A stretch of 64,000 nt of DNA from the IMG/VR virus record IMGVR_UViG_3300021085_000025, positions 1,205 through 65,204 of that record. One strand, written 5' to 3'. The stretch is from a virus. Lineage: Duplodnaviria; Caudoviricetes. A program made the position numbers and the translations under genes. Below the pieces are notes generated by a model that searched no databases, had not been told where the DNA came from, and saw nothing but the letters and a program-made list of their open reading frames with translations. This document shows, one piece after another, positions 27,608-37,502 of this stretch (its first letter is position 1; every line of letters starts with the position of its first letter).

Positions 27608-28261
27608 CTATTTAATTACATCCCAAAACCTTTGCTGAGGGACGTAATTAAGCCGCGAGTGTTCTCCGGAGGCTAGTACGATTTTACATATATGATCTAG
27701 CCTTTCAACGTGCTCAAATGCTCTCCATGGGGTTTCATCAATTGCCACAACGCCGTGGCCTTTAATTCCTATAACATCAAAATAACAGGTTCCGTCTTCT
27801 TGTAGCCCCAGTCTTTTAAACGTTTCATCGGCCAATTTTTGACTTATCGGTGGAACGTCAGGCACATTGCTTGCAACCTTAGAGTATCTACCAAGCTCTG
27901 GAAAAATATCAACTAAGTTACTTAATTCAATGCCGGCATGCATCGCCGCAACAATATACGTCGGGTGGGTGTGTAACACTACTCGAGTATCTGTCGGAAT
28001 GTGTTTTTGTAGACCCCAGTGTAAAGGCAATTCACCTGTAGCTTTTAACCCCGATGCAATATCAGTAAAATACATTTCTTCGCAATCAGCGACTTTTAGC
28101 TTTTTAAACATGTCGTATTGAATGACAGGTTTTCTAATACCCGAGGGCGTAACATAAAAGTGATCTCTATCAGCATGTCGTATTGACACATTACCATCTC
28201 TGGTGCTTATCATACCTTTATCGTATGAATGTTTCATCACTTCACATATTGTTTCTAACAT
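27608..28261 (-). CDS. Class II aldolase/adducin-family protein
   Basis: GNVS, TPSG, GELPLH, HTHP, GHGVV metal-binding motifs. Confidence 0.85.
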   Translation of the reverse strand: MLETICEVMKHSYDKGMISTRDGNVSIRHADRDHFYVTPSGIRKPVIQYDMFKKLKVADCEEMYFTDIASGLKATGELPLHWGLQKHIPTDTRVVLHTHPTYIVAAMHAGIELSNLVDIFPELGRYSKVASNVPDVPPISQKLADETFKRLGLQEDGTCYFDVIGIKGHGVVAIDETPWRAFEHVERLDHICKIVLASGEHSRLNYVPQQRFWDVIK

Positions 28262-28270
28262 AATATATCC

Positions 28271-28696
28271 TTATTTAATAATATTTTTAATAGCGTTTCC
28301 ACCAAGTCGTATCTGAATAATACCGTTATAGTAATCATCAGTTAACAATACTCCTCTATCGAATTGCTCTTTAGCTTCCATATATGAGCATTCACCTTTT
28401 GTTTTACACAGATGCAGTATCTCTCTGTAAAACGTATCTTGACCCATCTTTTCAACATCTTCATTGAGATGTTTGTTTGATCCATAATAATCTTTCCAAT
28501 CAGACTCAACCAACATTTTCTTTCGACGCTTTCGAGTCTTTGTTATCGGCAATGTTTTTTGACTCCAAAAAAACTTCTTGCCTATGTATTTCCGACCCGT
28601 TGCTCGATTCGTTATCATGTATACAAAGCCATACACGTCTTTGTGATTGAATTCTTCTGGAGACTGCCAGTCTGTGCCTTGATAATGCCACGTCAT
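28271..28696 (-). CDS. GIY-YIG endonuclease (EndoII-like)
   Basis: GFVYMITN...KYIGKK, YYGS, E...YYN. Confidence 0.75.
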   Translation of the reverse strand: MTWHYQGTDWQSPEEFNHKDVYGFVYMITNRATGRKYIGKKFFWSQKTLPITKTRKRRKKMLVESDWKDYYGSNKHLNEDVEKMGQDTFYREILHLCKTKGECSYMEAKEQFDRGVLLTDDYYNGIIQIRLGGNAIKNIIK

Positions 28697-28700
28697 ATCC

Positions 28701-28841
28701 TTATTCGTTGAAATCTAGTTCATCTAGATCTTCGTCCTGTTTCTCCCCACACATGGGACAAAATAAAACTATTTCGTCGTCTTCGTGGCCTATTATACTT
28801 TTATTATAACAATAATCACAATTGACGACTGTTCGTTTCAT
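28701..28841 (-). CDS. Small zinc-ribbon protein (46 aa)
   Basis: CDYC...CPMCG, read manually. Confidence 0.55.
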   Translation of the reverse strand: MKRTVVNCDYCYNKSIIGHEDDEIVLFCPMCGEKQDEDLDELDFNE

Positions 28842-28844
28842 ATT

Positions 28845-29066
28845 TTATCCTAGTAGTTTTTTTAAGTTATCGTACCCACCAATCTTTTCTTCGTTCACTA
28901 TAATCTGCGGAAATGTTCTTGCTGTTGGAAATGTACTTACCATTTCGTTTCTATCAAAATCTATTCCGTAATGCTTATAGTTGTATTCTAATCCTTTTTG
29001 CTCACACAAATTTTTAGCCATTACACAAAACTGGCATAGCTCTTTACCCCAAATTTCTATATTCAT
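28845..29066 (-). CDS. nrdC: Glutaredoxin
   Basis: CQFC, TFPQI, IGGY. Confidence 0.88.
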   Translation of the reverse strand: MNIEIWGKELCQFCVMAKNLCEQKGLEYNYKHYGIDFDRNEMVSTFPTARTFPQIIVNEEKIGGYDNLKKLLG

Positions 29067-30136
29067 AAGCTTAACCCCGATAATACGTTACTATCTATAT
29101 CTTGTTTTACGCCACCGATTACATATGAACTAATTTCAGTTTCTTGAGGAGCAACTTGTACATTACTACCGCCAATCCATTTTTCGGTCCATGGTAATGG
29201 GTTTGCTTGTGGAACTATATAAGGGCATGGTAACCCAATAGCTCTCATTCTTTTACATCCAATCCATTCAATGTAGTCAGCTAGAATCTTTTCATTAAGA
29301 CCAATCATAGAACCGTTTTGAAATAAGTATTGAGCCCATTCTTTTTCTTGATTAATCACTTCTTCATATAAAGCAATTGACTCTGGCTCTAACTCTTTTG
29401 CAATCTTTTCAAAGTCTTTATCTTCTTTCTTAAGAAGCTTGAGCATAGTAGTAGTTGATGCTAGGTGAACATTCTCATCTCGAGCAATCAACTTAATAAT
29501 CTTTGCATTACCTTCCATCTTCTTAAGTTCAGCAAATGCCCATGAACATGCAAACGATACATAGAACCTTACACCCTCTAATGCATTAGCACTCATCATG
29601 GCCATCCAAATTGCTCGCTTATGATCCAGCTTATTTGTTGGGCCATGATTCGCATCAATCAGATCGTCATAGTATTTGCCAATAGAATTACCACAATCCA
29701 TAATATTCTTTTGCGATAATAAGTCATCAAACACAAACGATGGATCTGGATAGATGTTACGAATAATATGTGTGTATGATCTACTATGAATAGTTTCTGA
29801 GAATGACCAGGTTTCAATCCAGTTCTCTACTTCAGGCAATGATACAATAGGTAAGAACGCTAAGTTGGGCGCACGACCTTGAACACTATCAAGTAAGATT
29901 TGTCTCTTTAAATTGCTGGTAAAAATGTGTTGCTCGTTTTCAGTAAGAGCATTAAAATCTTTTTTGTCTTTTGACACATCAACTTCTTCAGGTCTCCAAA
30001 AGAAGCCTAATTGTTTATCTGTGATTTTATCCATTTGTGGATATTTTACTTCATCATATCTTTGAATATCAACCGCTTCATCAAGAAACATATTTTTCAA
30101 TAAGTGCGATTTTTTATTCTTCTTCAATACTGCCAT
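29063..30136 (-). CDS. nrdB: Ribonucleotide reductase class Ia beta subunit
   Basis: FFWRPEE, ETIHSRSY, EGVRFY, DENVH, APQETE. Confidence 0.96.
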   Translation of the reverse strand: MAVLKKNKKSHLLKNMFLDEAVDIQRYDEVKYPQMDKITDKQLGFFWRPEEVDVSKDKKDFNALTENEQHIFTSNLKRQILLDSVQGRAPNLAFLPIVSLPEVENWIETWSFSETIHSRSYTHIIRNIYPDPSFVFDDLLSQKNIMDCGNSIGKYYDDLIDANHGPTNKLDHKRAIWMAMMSANALEGVRFYVSFACSWAFAELKKMEGNAKIIKLIARDENVHLASTTTMLKLLKKEDKDFEKIAKELEPESIALYEEVINQEKEWAQYLFQNGSMIGLNEKILADYIEWIGCKRMRAIGLPCPYIVPQANPLPWTEKWIGGSNVQVAPQETEISSYVIGGVKQDIDSNVLSGLSL

Positions 30137-30287
30137 TCACTTTTCCTTTTTGTCTTAATCGTTTATTATAACCTTTTTTAATACTTTTTGTAACACCCGG
30201 TTTTGTTAAATAACAATAAAACTTGCGGGCCTTTGTTAGAGCATCGTATTCAGCCCCACCTTTTAATGGGATTCTTTCTTTCTTCAT
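30114..30287 (-). CDS. Small basic protein (57 aa)
   Basis: MKKERIPLKGGAEYDALTKARKFY..., read manually; 4-nt overlap with iscU. Confidence 0.5.
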   Translation of the reverse strand: MKKERIPLKGGAEYDALTKARKFYCYLTKPGVTKSIKKGYNKRLRQKGKVNGSIEEE

Positions 30288-30670
30288 CGTACATCTCTTT
30301 TTTCTCTTATAGCGCTTACAGCAGATTTTATAGCATCTTCTGCTAGGACACTACAATGTATTTTAACCGGAGGAAGCGCTAATTCGTTCGCTATTTGAGT
30401 ATTTTTAATTTGCTCAGCTTCATCCAAATGTTTACCTTTAACCCATTCGGTCAACAAAGAACTAGAAGCTATTGCCGAACCACAACCATAAGTTTTAAAC
30501 TTTGCATCTTCAATAATACCCTCATCGTTAACTCGGATTTGTAGTTTCATAACATCACCACACGCCGGAGCTCCTACCATTCCAGTTCCTACATTTATAT
30601 CGCTATCATCCATAGTCCCGACATTTCTAGGGTTTTCATAATGGTCTAATACCTGTTTGCTGTAAGCCAT
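30284..30670 (-). CDS. iscU: Fe-S cluster scaffold IscU
   Basis: YENPRNVG, GAPACGD, FKTYGCGSA, LPPVKIHCS. Confidence 0.96.
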   Translation of the reverse strand: MAYSKQVLDHYENPRNVGTMDDSDINVGTGMVGAPACGDVMKLQIRVNDEGIIEDAKFKTYGCGSAIASSSLLTEWVKGKHLDEAEQIKNTQIANELALPPVKIHCSVLAEDAIKSAVSAIREKRDVR

Positions 30671-30693
30671 GGCGCATTCGCCCTCTGGGTAGG

Positions 30694-33015
30694 TTAAATT
30701 TTACAACTGTCACAATCGTCTTCGTCTTCATACACAGGCGTTTCACCGTCATATGCATGATGTGTTGCTTCGTCGGTCATTTCTCCAGCACCGTCAAAAG
30801 TGTTGAAGTAGTATAACTGCTTTAAACCATATTTGTATGCAGTGACTAGATCGGTTAACATTACAGACATCGGTATCTTATGGTCTTCATAATGCTCTGG
30901 ATTATAAGACGTATTTACACTGATCCCCTGATCAATATATTTTTGTAAGATACTACAAATCTTAAGATAACCATCGGGAGACTTTTGATCCCACAATAAG
31001 TCGTACTTATTTTTAAGATGGTGATAACCTGGAACAACTTGTGCCATAACACCGTCTTTTGACTGCTTGTAACTGACTAATGCACGAGGTGGTTCAATAC
31101 CATTAGTGCTATTAGAAATTTGAGCGCTTGTTTCAGCTGGCATAAGTGCCATGAGCGTGGAATTCCGAGTGCCCGTTTCTTGGAGTTTTTTACGAAGCTC
31201 TTTCCACGGTAATCTTTCCGTATGCTCTATTATATTATCTAGCTCTCGTTTATATGTATCAATTGGAAGAACTCCACCGGCATATTTTGTGTCATTTTTT
31301 GCGTTTATTTCGCCTTTTTCTTCAGCTAATTTTTGAGAAGCTTCAATTAGGTAATATGACCATGCTTCTGCATATTCGTCCACTATGTCAAACGCCGTTT
31401 CATTGTATTTAAGACCGCGTTTAGCCAAGAAGTATGCTAAGTTTATAATACCAATACCTAGTGGTCGGCGGTTCATAGTTCCAACCTCGGCTGCACGTAC
31501 AGGATAAGATTGATAATCAAGTAACTCATCAAGAGCGCGTACAGAAAGATCACAGTATTTCTTAAACTCTTCAGGATGATTAATTAATCCCCAGTTGATC
31601 GCTGACAATGTACATAAAGAAATCTCACCTTCATCCGGATTGTCTGATAATGGGCTTGTAGGCAAGTCAATTTCGCAACATAGATTACTCATACGAATTG
31701 GAGCCTTTTTAGCAACAAACGCTCCATGATCATTGGCATGATCGACATTCATTACATAGATTCTACCAGTGTCTTTTCTTTGCTGCATTAAAGTAGAAAA
31801 TACTTCTGTTGCAGGCAATGTCTTTTTACGAATAGAACGCGTTTTTTCGTATTTTTCGTATAATGTTTTAAACTTATCTTGATCATCAAAAAACGATTCA
31901 TATAAACCTGGGACGTCATTAGGATCGAAGAAGGTTATATTACCACCTGTCAATAATCTTTCATACATCAATTTATTTAATTGAAATGCATAGTCCATAT
32001 GACGTACTCGATTTTCTTCTATACCCTTATTGTTTTTAAGTACTACAAGATCCTCAAATTCGTAATGCCATATTGGCAGATATACTGTTGCTGCACCACC
32101 ACGAACTCCACCTTGTGAACAAGATTTTACTGCAGCTTGAAAGTATTTTAAGAATGGTATTAATCCAGTATGCACTACTGAACCATCACCAACTCTTGCA
32201 CCCTCACCACGTATAGATCCTACCCCAATACCAATACCAGCTTTTTTACTAATATATTTTACGATGGAAGTTGCAGTAGCATTAATAGAATCGAGACTAT
32301 CGCCAGATTCGATAAGCACACAACTTGAAAACTGACGGGTTGGAGTACGTACTCCTGCCATAATTGGAGTAGGTAGTGATATATAGAATTGAGAAATTGC
32401 ATCATAATAATCCTTTACGTATTTTATACGCGTATCTTTAGGGTAGTTAGAAAATAGTGTAGCAGATATCATCATATACAATATCTGAGGTGTTTCAAAA
32501 TGTTGTTTTGTTTTGCGATCTTGTACTAGGTACTTACCTCTAAATTGTTCCATACCAGCATACGTAAAGGTATCATCGCGGTCGTGCTTAATATACGAGT
32601 CTAATTCGTCAATTTCTTCGCGCGTATACGACGTCATAATACCACCATCGTAAATTTCTTTATCGACATTATCGATAATAATATGCGCTAATGGCTTGGG
32701 TTTGTAATCGCCATACACTTCTTTACGTAACTTATAAGACACAAGCCTGGCTGCTACAAACTGGTAATTTGGGGTATGCTCTGAAATAAGTTCAGACGCA
32801 CTCTTGATAAGCAGTTCATGAATATCATAAGCCGGAATCTTGTCGTATAGTTGTATATTTGCTTTTAACTCGATTTCGGAGATAGACACTCCGGATATAT
32901 CAGCGGTAGCCCACTCTAAAACTTTGTGTATTTTTTCTAAGTCAAAGTCTTGAGATGTGCCATTCCGCTTGGTTACATTCATCGTCATAGGTGGTTGTCC
33001 ATTATTCATAGTCAT
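30694..33015 (-). CDS. nrdA: Ribonucleotide reductase class Ia alpha subunit
   Basis: ATP cone (VTKRNG), FSSCVL, SNLCCEI, LYY, C-terminal CDSC. Confidence 0.97.
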   Translation of the reverse strand: MTMNNGQPPMTMNVTKRNGTSQDFDLEKIHKVLEWATADISGVSISEIELKANIQLYDKIPAYDIHELLIKSASELISEHTPNYQFVAARLVSYKLRKEVYGDYKPKPLAHIIIDNVDKEIYDGGIMTSYTREEIDELDSYIKHDRDDTFTYAGMEQFRGKYLVQDRKTKQHFETPQILYMMISATLFSNYPKDTRIKYVKDYYDAISQFYISLPTPIMAGVRTPTRQFSSCVLIESGDSLDSINATATSIVKYISKKAGIGIGVGSIRGEGARVGDGSVVHTGLIPFLKYFQAAVKSCSQGGVRGGAATVYLPIWHYEFEDLVVLKNNKGIEENRVRHMDYAFQLNKLMYERLLTGGNITFFDPNDVPGLYESFFDDQDKFKTLYEKYEKTRSIRKKTLPATEVFSTLMQQRKDTGRIYVMNVDHANDHGAFVAKKAPIRMSNLCCEIDLPTSPLSDNPDEGEISLCTLSAINWGLINHPEEFKKYCDLSVRALDELLDYQSYPVRAAEVGTMNRRPLGIGIINLAYFLAKRGLKYNETAFDIVDEYAEAWSYYLIEASQKLAEEKGEINAKNDTKYAGGVLPIDTYKRELDNIIEHTERLPWKELRKKLQETGTRNSTLMALMPAETSAQISNSTNGIEPPRALVSYKQSKDGVMAQVVPGYHHLKNKYDLLWDQKSPDGYLKICSILQKYIDQGISVNTSYNPEHYEDHKIPMSVMLTDLVTAYKYGLKQLYYFNTFDGAGEMTDEATHHAYDGETPVYEDEDDCDSCKI

Positions 33016-33033
33016 TTAATTAATAATATATAT

Positions 33034-33063
33034 ATTATAACACAAAACTCAAGTTTTGTACAT
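33034..33063 (-). promoter_or_regulatory. Early promoter for nrdA
   Basis: TGTACA-N17-TATAAT. Confidence 0.7.
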
Positions 33064-33070
33064 GGTTTTT

Positions 33071-33451
33071 TTACTTATTTTCTGGTGTTTTTGCTAGGTG
33101 CTTTACAATCTGTCTGGCGTTAACTTCCCATACTACATTAAGGTCTTCTTCTACGGCCTCTATTCTATCTATCAGTTCTGGATATGCTTCAAACTCATGT
33201 AACTCTTTGCAAGGATGCGAATTCTTCTCAAGTCTATCAAGTCTTGCGGCTGCTAATGGATATTGCTTTCTAAATTTGGCATCTTTCTTAGCTAATTCTA
33301 AATCATACTTCTCAGCGAAATACTCCATATATTGATCAACTTTCTTTTGAAACCATATACCCATAGTGGTACCCTGAAACCACTGGTAGAATGATGATCC
33401 GATTATAGAACCTAATATCGATTTAAGCGTAAGTATTAATAGCCAATGCAT
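33071..33451 (-). CDS. Hypothetical protein with hydrophobic N-terminus
   Basis: ORF at the end of the spanin/lipase run. Confidence 0.5.
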   Translation of the reverse strand: MHWLLILTLKSILGSIIGSSFYQWFQGTTMGIWFQKKVDQYMEYFAEKYDLELAKKDAKFRKQYPLAAARLDRLEKNSHPCKELHEFEAYPELIDRIEAVEEDLNVVWEVNARQIVKHLAKTPENK

Positions 33452-33452
33452 G

Positions 33453-34208
33453 TCACTTCTCCGTTTTAGCTAAGGTTTTAATTGCTTTGACATAGTTAGG
33501 CATTCCGTGATCTACAACTCCATCAAAGAATTTCCATCTTTTCCATGAGTTAATAATACCATAGAACGCATCGGCCCAAGTAGGCTTAAGTTGCTTATCA
33601 CCAAATCTATTAAAGTAAATCATTTGACCATGATGTCTAAATCCTAACCATGCTGGAGGGATTCTACATACGATATCATTATTATTCATAAACCTATAAT
33701 GATCTGATTTTATATTTTTGATGAAGTGTTTACCTCCGACTCTTGGTGAGCCAAAAGTAAATAACTCTTCTGGTTGATAACGAGTTGCTGCAATGGTTGC
33801 CATAGCAGCGCCTAATGAATGACCAGTGAAATATATATCCTTTCTCACTTTTAGTTGATCGTTGTGATCAAGCTCTTTTACAATGTCCATCCATACGTCA
33901 TCGACCTCTTCTTGGAATCCTCCATGAACTTTACCTCCGGCCTTGGCTGTATTTTTAATTACTTTTAAATCTGCTAATACGTCATTTAATTTTGCAGGTT
34001 CAGTTCCTCTAAAAGCAAACCACATATCGTTTCTATCTTTGGCAATAAGTACCTCAGCACCGTCTCTACTAATAATCTTACCTGAAGCAAATCCTAATTT
34101 TTTACAAGCTGCATCGGCGGGCTTAGGATTCATATATGCTATAGCTGATAACTTTGCCGCTACTTCAGCTCTTTCCCATAATGTCATATCATCTTTCATT
34201 CTACTCAT
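33453..34208 (-). CDS. Lipase class 3 (alpha/beta hydrolase)
   Basis: FRGTE, VHGGF, TGHSLGAA, TFGSPRVG, NNNDIV..IP, DH. Confidence 0.9.
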   Translation of the reverse strand: MSRMKDDMTLWERAEVAAKLSAIAYMNPKPADAACKKLGFASGKIISRDGAEVLIAKDRNDMWFAFRGTEPAKLNDVLADLKVIKNTAKAGGKVHGGFQEEVDDVWMDIVKELDHNDQLKVRKDIYFTGHSLGAAMATIAATRYQPEELFTFGSPRVGGKHFIKNIKSDHYRFMNNNDIVCRIPPAWLGFRHHGQMIYFNRFGDKQLKPTWADAFYGIINSWKRWKFFDGVVDHGMPNYVKAIKTLAKTEK

Positions 34209-34701
34209 TTTCTTCTTTCTCCACTTTGATTTCAACTGCTGCAGCTTGCTCATCATTTATTGTTACGTTCCTATAGTAGACTATCACCTCACCGAGCTGA
34301 TTAATATATCTTTTGATTTCCTGCGTATTATATGACATTAACTCATAATCTGCAACTGTCATAGCATAGAATACAATGTCTCCGCCATGTTTCTTTTTGA
34401 TATCATCGATAAACTTATCAAGATACGTATGTCCTTCTGGATATAAATCTTCTTTACCTAACTTACAATCACGTTCCTTGGTCTCTGGATTCTTTAAACA
34501 ATTCTCAATTATCTTAGCATCAGATACTACATACCACTTAGGTTCTTTTAAATCAATTGCTCTTGGTAATACAGGCTGAACAATTTCTATTTTTATCGGC
34601 TTAGTTATAATCTCAACTTCTCTTGGCGCCTGTTGCCATAGACTACAACCACTAATCGTTAAGAGAGCTAATACGCTGACTATCTGCTTCAATCGCATCA
34701 A
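34201..34701 (-). CDS. Outer-membrane lipoprotein, o-spanin candidate
   Basis: Lipobox ISGC, Pro-rich segment; overlaps the i-spanin candidate. Confidence 0.6.
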   Translation of the reverse strand: MMRLKQIVSVLALLTISGCSLWQQAPREVEIITKPIKIEIVQPVLPRAIDLKEPKWYVVSDAKIIENCLKNPETKERDCKLGKEDLYPEGHTYLDKFIDDIKKKHGGDIVFYAMTVADYELMSYNTQEIKRYINQLGEVIVYYRNVTINDEQAAAVEIKVEKEENE

Positions 34702-35044
34702 AGACCTCCTTCGTTTTATTATTGGCTCTAAGTTCTATCATACCAGGTTTGGCTGATGCTAACTTAGCAAGATTATGACGTCTAAATATGTCTAGATATT
34801 CAGCCATCTCTGTTTCGTATTGTTGATTTTTAACTTGTAAACCGCTCAAGGCTTGAGTAGTCTGCTGTAGATTGTTTTGAATTGCTTCAATAGCCGCTTT
34901 CTGCTCTTGATCTCTTAGGTCTTGTGCTAGTATGACTTTAGTCTGTTCTTCCAACTTATTCATCATGGGTATAACAGAAAAATTGTAGTACATAAATCCT
35001 GCTACTCCCATCGCCATTATAATACCCATCAATAATTTGCTCAT
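34652..35044 (-). CDS. Inner-membrane i-spanin candidate
   Basis: N-terminal TM, long coiled coil, A.AKPG motif. Confidence 0.6.
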   Translation of the reverse strand: MSKLLMGIIMAMGVAGFMYYNFSVIPMMNKLEEQTKVILAQDLRDQEQKAAIEAIQNNLQQTTQALSGLQVKNQQYETEMAEYLDIFRRHNLAKLASAKPGMIELRANNKTKEVFDAIEADSQRISSLND

Positions 35045-35048
35045 ACTA

Positions 35049-35249
35049 TTATTTCTCTATTTTTTTAGACTCGGCCTTTTTCCTTCTTGCAAGTATTCTT
35101 TCAACAAATTTACGGCCAGCTTTTGTTCTACCGTCGTAAATATCTTTCTTTTTCTTTTTCTTATCGTGCACTGCGTCTGACGGCATTGATACACCACCAC
35201 CGCCTACTGAATTAGCAGCTTCTTCCCACATATCTTTAAATTTTTTCAT
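35049..35249 (-). CDS. Small putative internal head protein
   Basis: MKKFKDMWEE N-terminus; DGRTK. Confidence 0.5.
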   Translation of the reverse strand: MKKFKDMWEEAANSVGGGGVSMPSDAVHDKKKKKKDIYDGRTKAGRKFVERILARRKKAESKKIEK

Positions 35250-35839
35250 CTTTTTATATCCGCACTCGTTATGAGTATTTTTTGTTTTGTTAGAACATGT
35301 TCCACTTGAAATACATTCAATCCAAATATAGAACCACTAGGTTTCGTAAAATCGCCCACGCGTACTACACCATTTCTATGTGCAATAAAATCACCAGTAA
35401 TAGGTGAAGCAATATCTTGAGTAAGAGTATATGATCCTGGAGACAGTTTTCCATCCCTTTCAAACCATGCTGTATTCTCTGATAGATCGATTGTTTCTTC
35501 TAAATCATCAAATACCTTACATAAAACATCTTTTATTTCTTCATCTGTTAATTTAGCATTTTCTTTGATTAAGAATAGTGCTGCGGCATAAGTAGCCAAT
35601 CTCGTACTTCCACCAGGAACTTTTTGCATTATCCTCTTTACATTAAAAACTAATCTATGAAAAACAGTATATGATGATTTTTCCTGTGGTGTTTTACGAT
35701 CTGCAGCTTTCTTAATTGCCTTTCCAGACTTATCTATTATACCCAACTCAAAAGCTTCAGTTTTTTCCCAAGGTGTGACTAAGAGCTTTAGGAATCTAAA
35801 GGCGTAGAATAAGTCTGCTGTTCTTGATACTATACTCAT
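35246..35839 (-). CDS. Conserved T4-like hypothetical protein
   Basis: FRFLKLLVTPW...A..LGIID..G; YT.FHRLVFN.KR. Confidence 0.6.
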   Translation of the reverse strand: MSIVSRTADLFYAFRFLKLLVTPWEKTEAFELGIIDKSGKAIKKAADRKTPQEKSSYTVFHRLVFNVKRIMQKVPGGSTRLATYAAALFLIKENAKLTDEEIKDVLCKVFDDLEETIDLSENTAWFERDGKLSPGSYTLTQDIASPITGDFIAHRNGVVRVGDFTKPSGSIFGLNVFQVEHVLTKQKILITSADIKR

Positions 35840-36210
35840 TAAATGTTCCTAAGTCTTTCTATTACGTTTGTGTCTAAAGGTATTTCAACCATATAATCTT
35901 CTGGTAAATAGTTTAAGAATACCAAAAAGGTTTTTAGCTGAGAGTAATGCTCTGGTTCTATTTTAAACCACATCATCCTATTAGCAGCTTTTATACCAAA
36001 TACGTTATACAAAACTATAATGTGATTTAATATTAGCCTTTCTTGTAAATCACCAGATTGTTCATAACGTCTAAGTAATCTTTTAAGATACTTAAATCTT
36101 GTCAAATCTTCTTTAAACTCTTCGATCTCAATACATTCCGGATTGTTATAATGTTGAGATGCGAAGAGTTCAAAGTTTCTACTAGTCAGCTTTTCAAAAA
36201 TTTTCATCAT
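35839..36210 (-). CDS. Conserved T4-like hypothetical protein
   Basis: Y.NP.C...EF.ED..RFKYLKRL; ERLILNH. Confidence 0.6.
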   Translation of the reverse strand: MMKIFEKLTSRNFELFASQHYNNPECIEIEEFKEDLTRFKYLKRLLRRYEQSGDLQERLILNHIIVLYNVFGIKAANRMMWFKIEPEHYSQLKTFLVFLNYLPEDYMVEIPLDTNVIERLRNI

Positions 36211-36225
36211 ATATTATATATAATA

Positions 36226-36927
36226 TTAGTCTGATTCGTTATCAGCCTCATAGTTCTTATCAACATAATCAAAAAACTCTTTTTTCTTCTCGCCTTCAAG
36301 CTCGCCAGGTGAAGTTACGCCGAACTTCTTAAGAGCAGCTTTAAAGAATTTTTGATATCTTTCTTTATCTTCCTGCATCTTAGTTTTCTTTTTGTTCATG
36401 CCATAAGCTTCTTCTACTACTTGCTCTGTAACTTCTTCATTGGCAAGTTGTAATGCGGCTGCGACTTCTTTATCTTTAGATAAGCCTTTCTTTAATTTTT
36501 CAATTTTCTTTACGGCTCCTGTCATATTACCACCCATCTTAAGAGCAATATCTACGGCTTTCTTAAGAAGTTTCTTATCAACAGCTTCGTCAATAGCTTC
36601 TTCTTCAACTTTTTCTTCTAAGTCTTCATTTTCTTTAACTACAGAACCATCTTCTTTAGCACCAGATTTTTTAACAGTGTGCTTAGCTTTAAAGTCCTTT
36701 TCACCCTTTGCTTTTGGCTCAGCAACTTCGTCTACTTCAGGCTTTTCGTGTGTATAACCCTTATCGGCAAGAGCTTTATGCTCTGCTTCGTCCTTGGCTA
36801 CTTCTTTTTCGCCAGTTTCAGGATGAAACATATCATGTGGATATTTTCCTTCCTCTTTTACTTTGCCTTCAAGCACATCGCTAACGGTGTCAGCAATGCT
36901 TAAAGTCGTGTTATCTTTAAGTTTCAT
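36226..36927 (-). CDS. Modular Glu/Lys-rich putative internal head protein
   Basis: Short domains separated by (L/I/V)xE-rich linkers. Confidence 0.5.
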   Translation of the reverse strand: MKLKDNTTLSIADTVSDVLEGKVKEEGKYPHDMFHPETGEKEVAKDEAEHKALADKGYTHEKPEVDEVAEPKAKGEKDFKAKHTVKKSGAKEDGSVVKENEDLEEKVEEEAIDEAVDKKLLKKAVDIALKMGGNMTGAVKKIEKLKKGLSKDKEVAAALQLANEEVTEQVVEEAYGMNKKKTKMQEDKERYQKFFKAALKKFGVTSPGELEGEKKKEFFDYVDKNYEADNESD

Positions 36928-36937
36928 ATTAGTTCTC

Positions 36938-37237
36938 CTATTTTATGAAAAACATTCCTGTAATTGCTGTAGCCGAGGCTGCGATTACTATCCAGAATAA
37001 TTTATTTATTATGTTTACGGTTTGGGCATTTTCACGCACAAGTATTTCTAACCTATCAACTCTATTTATAAGAGTTAATATCTGTTCTCCTTGTTGTTTA
37101 CCGAATTCAGTTATGGTTGAGATTCTCTCCTCGGCTCTGGCCAGCGAGATTATTACATCCGACATCTTATCGATTTTTTCTTCGATTCGATCAAGTCTTG
37201 CGGCTTGCTCTAATCTTTGCTCAGCTGCACTAGCCAT
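36938..37237 (-). CDS. Coiled-coil protein with C-terminal TM
   Basis: RLDRIEEKIDK...; hydrophobic C-terminus. Confidence 0.55.
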   Translation of the reverse strand: MASAAEQRLEQAARLDRIEEKIDKMSDVIISLARAEERISTITEFGKQQGEQILTLINRVDRLEILVRENAQTVNIINKLFWIVIAASATAITGMFFIK

Positions 37238-37502
37238 AGTTACATATCCTTAATTTCAGAGGGGTTGCACCCTTGATTAATCTATGGTATTCAGATTTTT
37301 GTATTCTAAACACCATACCTTTTTTTAGAAGCCAAGGGAGACAGTCCTGAATTTGAAATTGCCATCCCTCTCCTTCTAAAATTTCTATTTCTCTATCATC
37401 ATGATCACGATGCCATACATATTCAGCATCTTCCCTCGAAAGGTCAAATTCCCTTATTACTCCATCTTCCCAATACGGTTTACCAAAAGTAAGATCCACC
37501 AC
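37230..37502 (-). CDS. Cupin-like small protein
   Basis: WHRD..DR.I...GW..Q, YHRLIKG; start uncertain (GTG). Confidence 0.55.
   Translation of the reverse strand: MVDLTFGKPYWEDGVIREFDLSREDAEYVWHRDHDDREIEILEGEGWQFQIQDCLPWLLKKGMVFRIQKSEYHRLIKGATPLKLRICNYG

Noticed and set aside
28271-28696. Mobile homing endonuclease
   Set aside because: Catalytic domain only, without DNA-binding repeats; more like a resident EndoII-type nuclease
30694-33015. Introns/inteins in nrdA (also checked nrdB, gp41, gp43, uvsX)
   Set aside because: All are uninterrupted and of normal length
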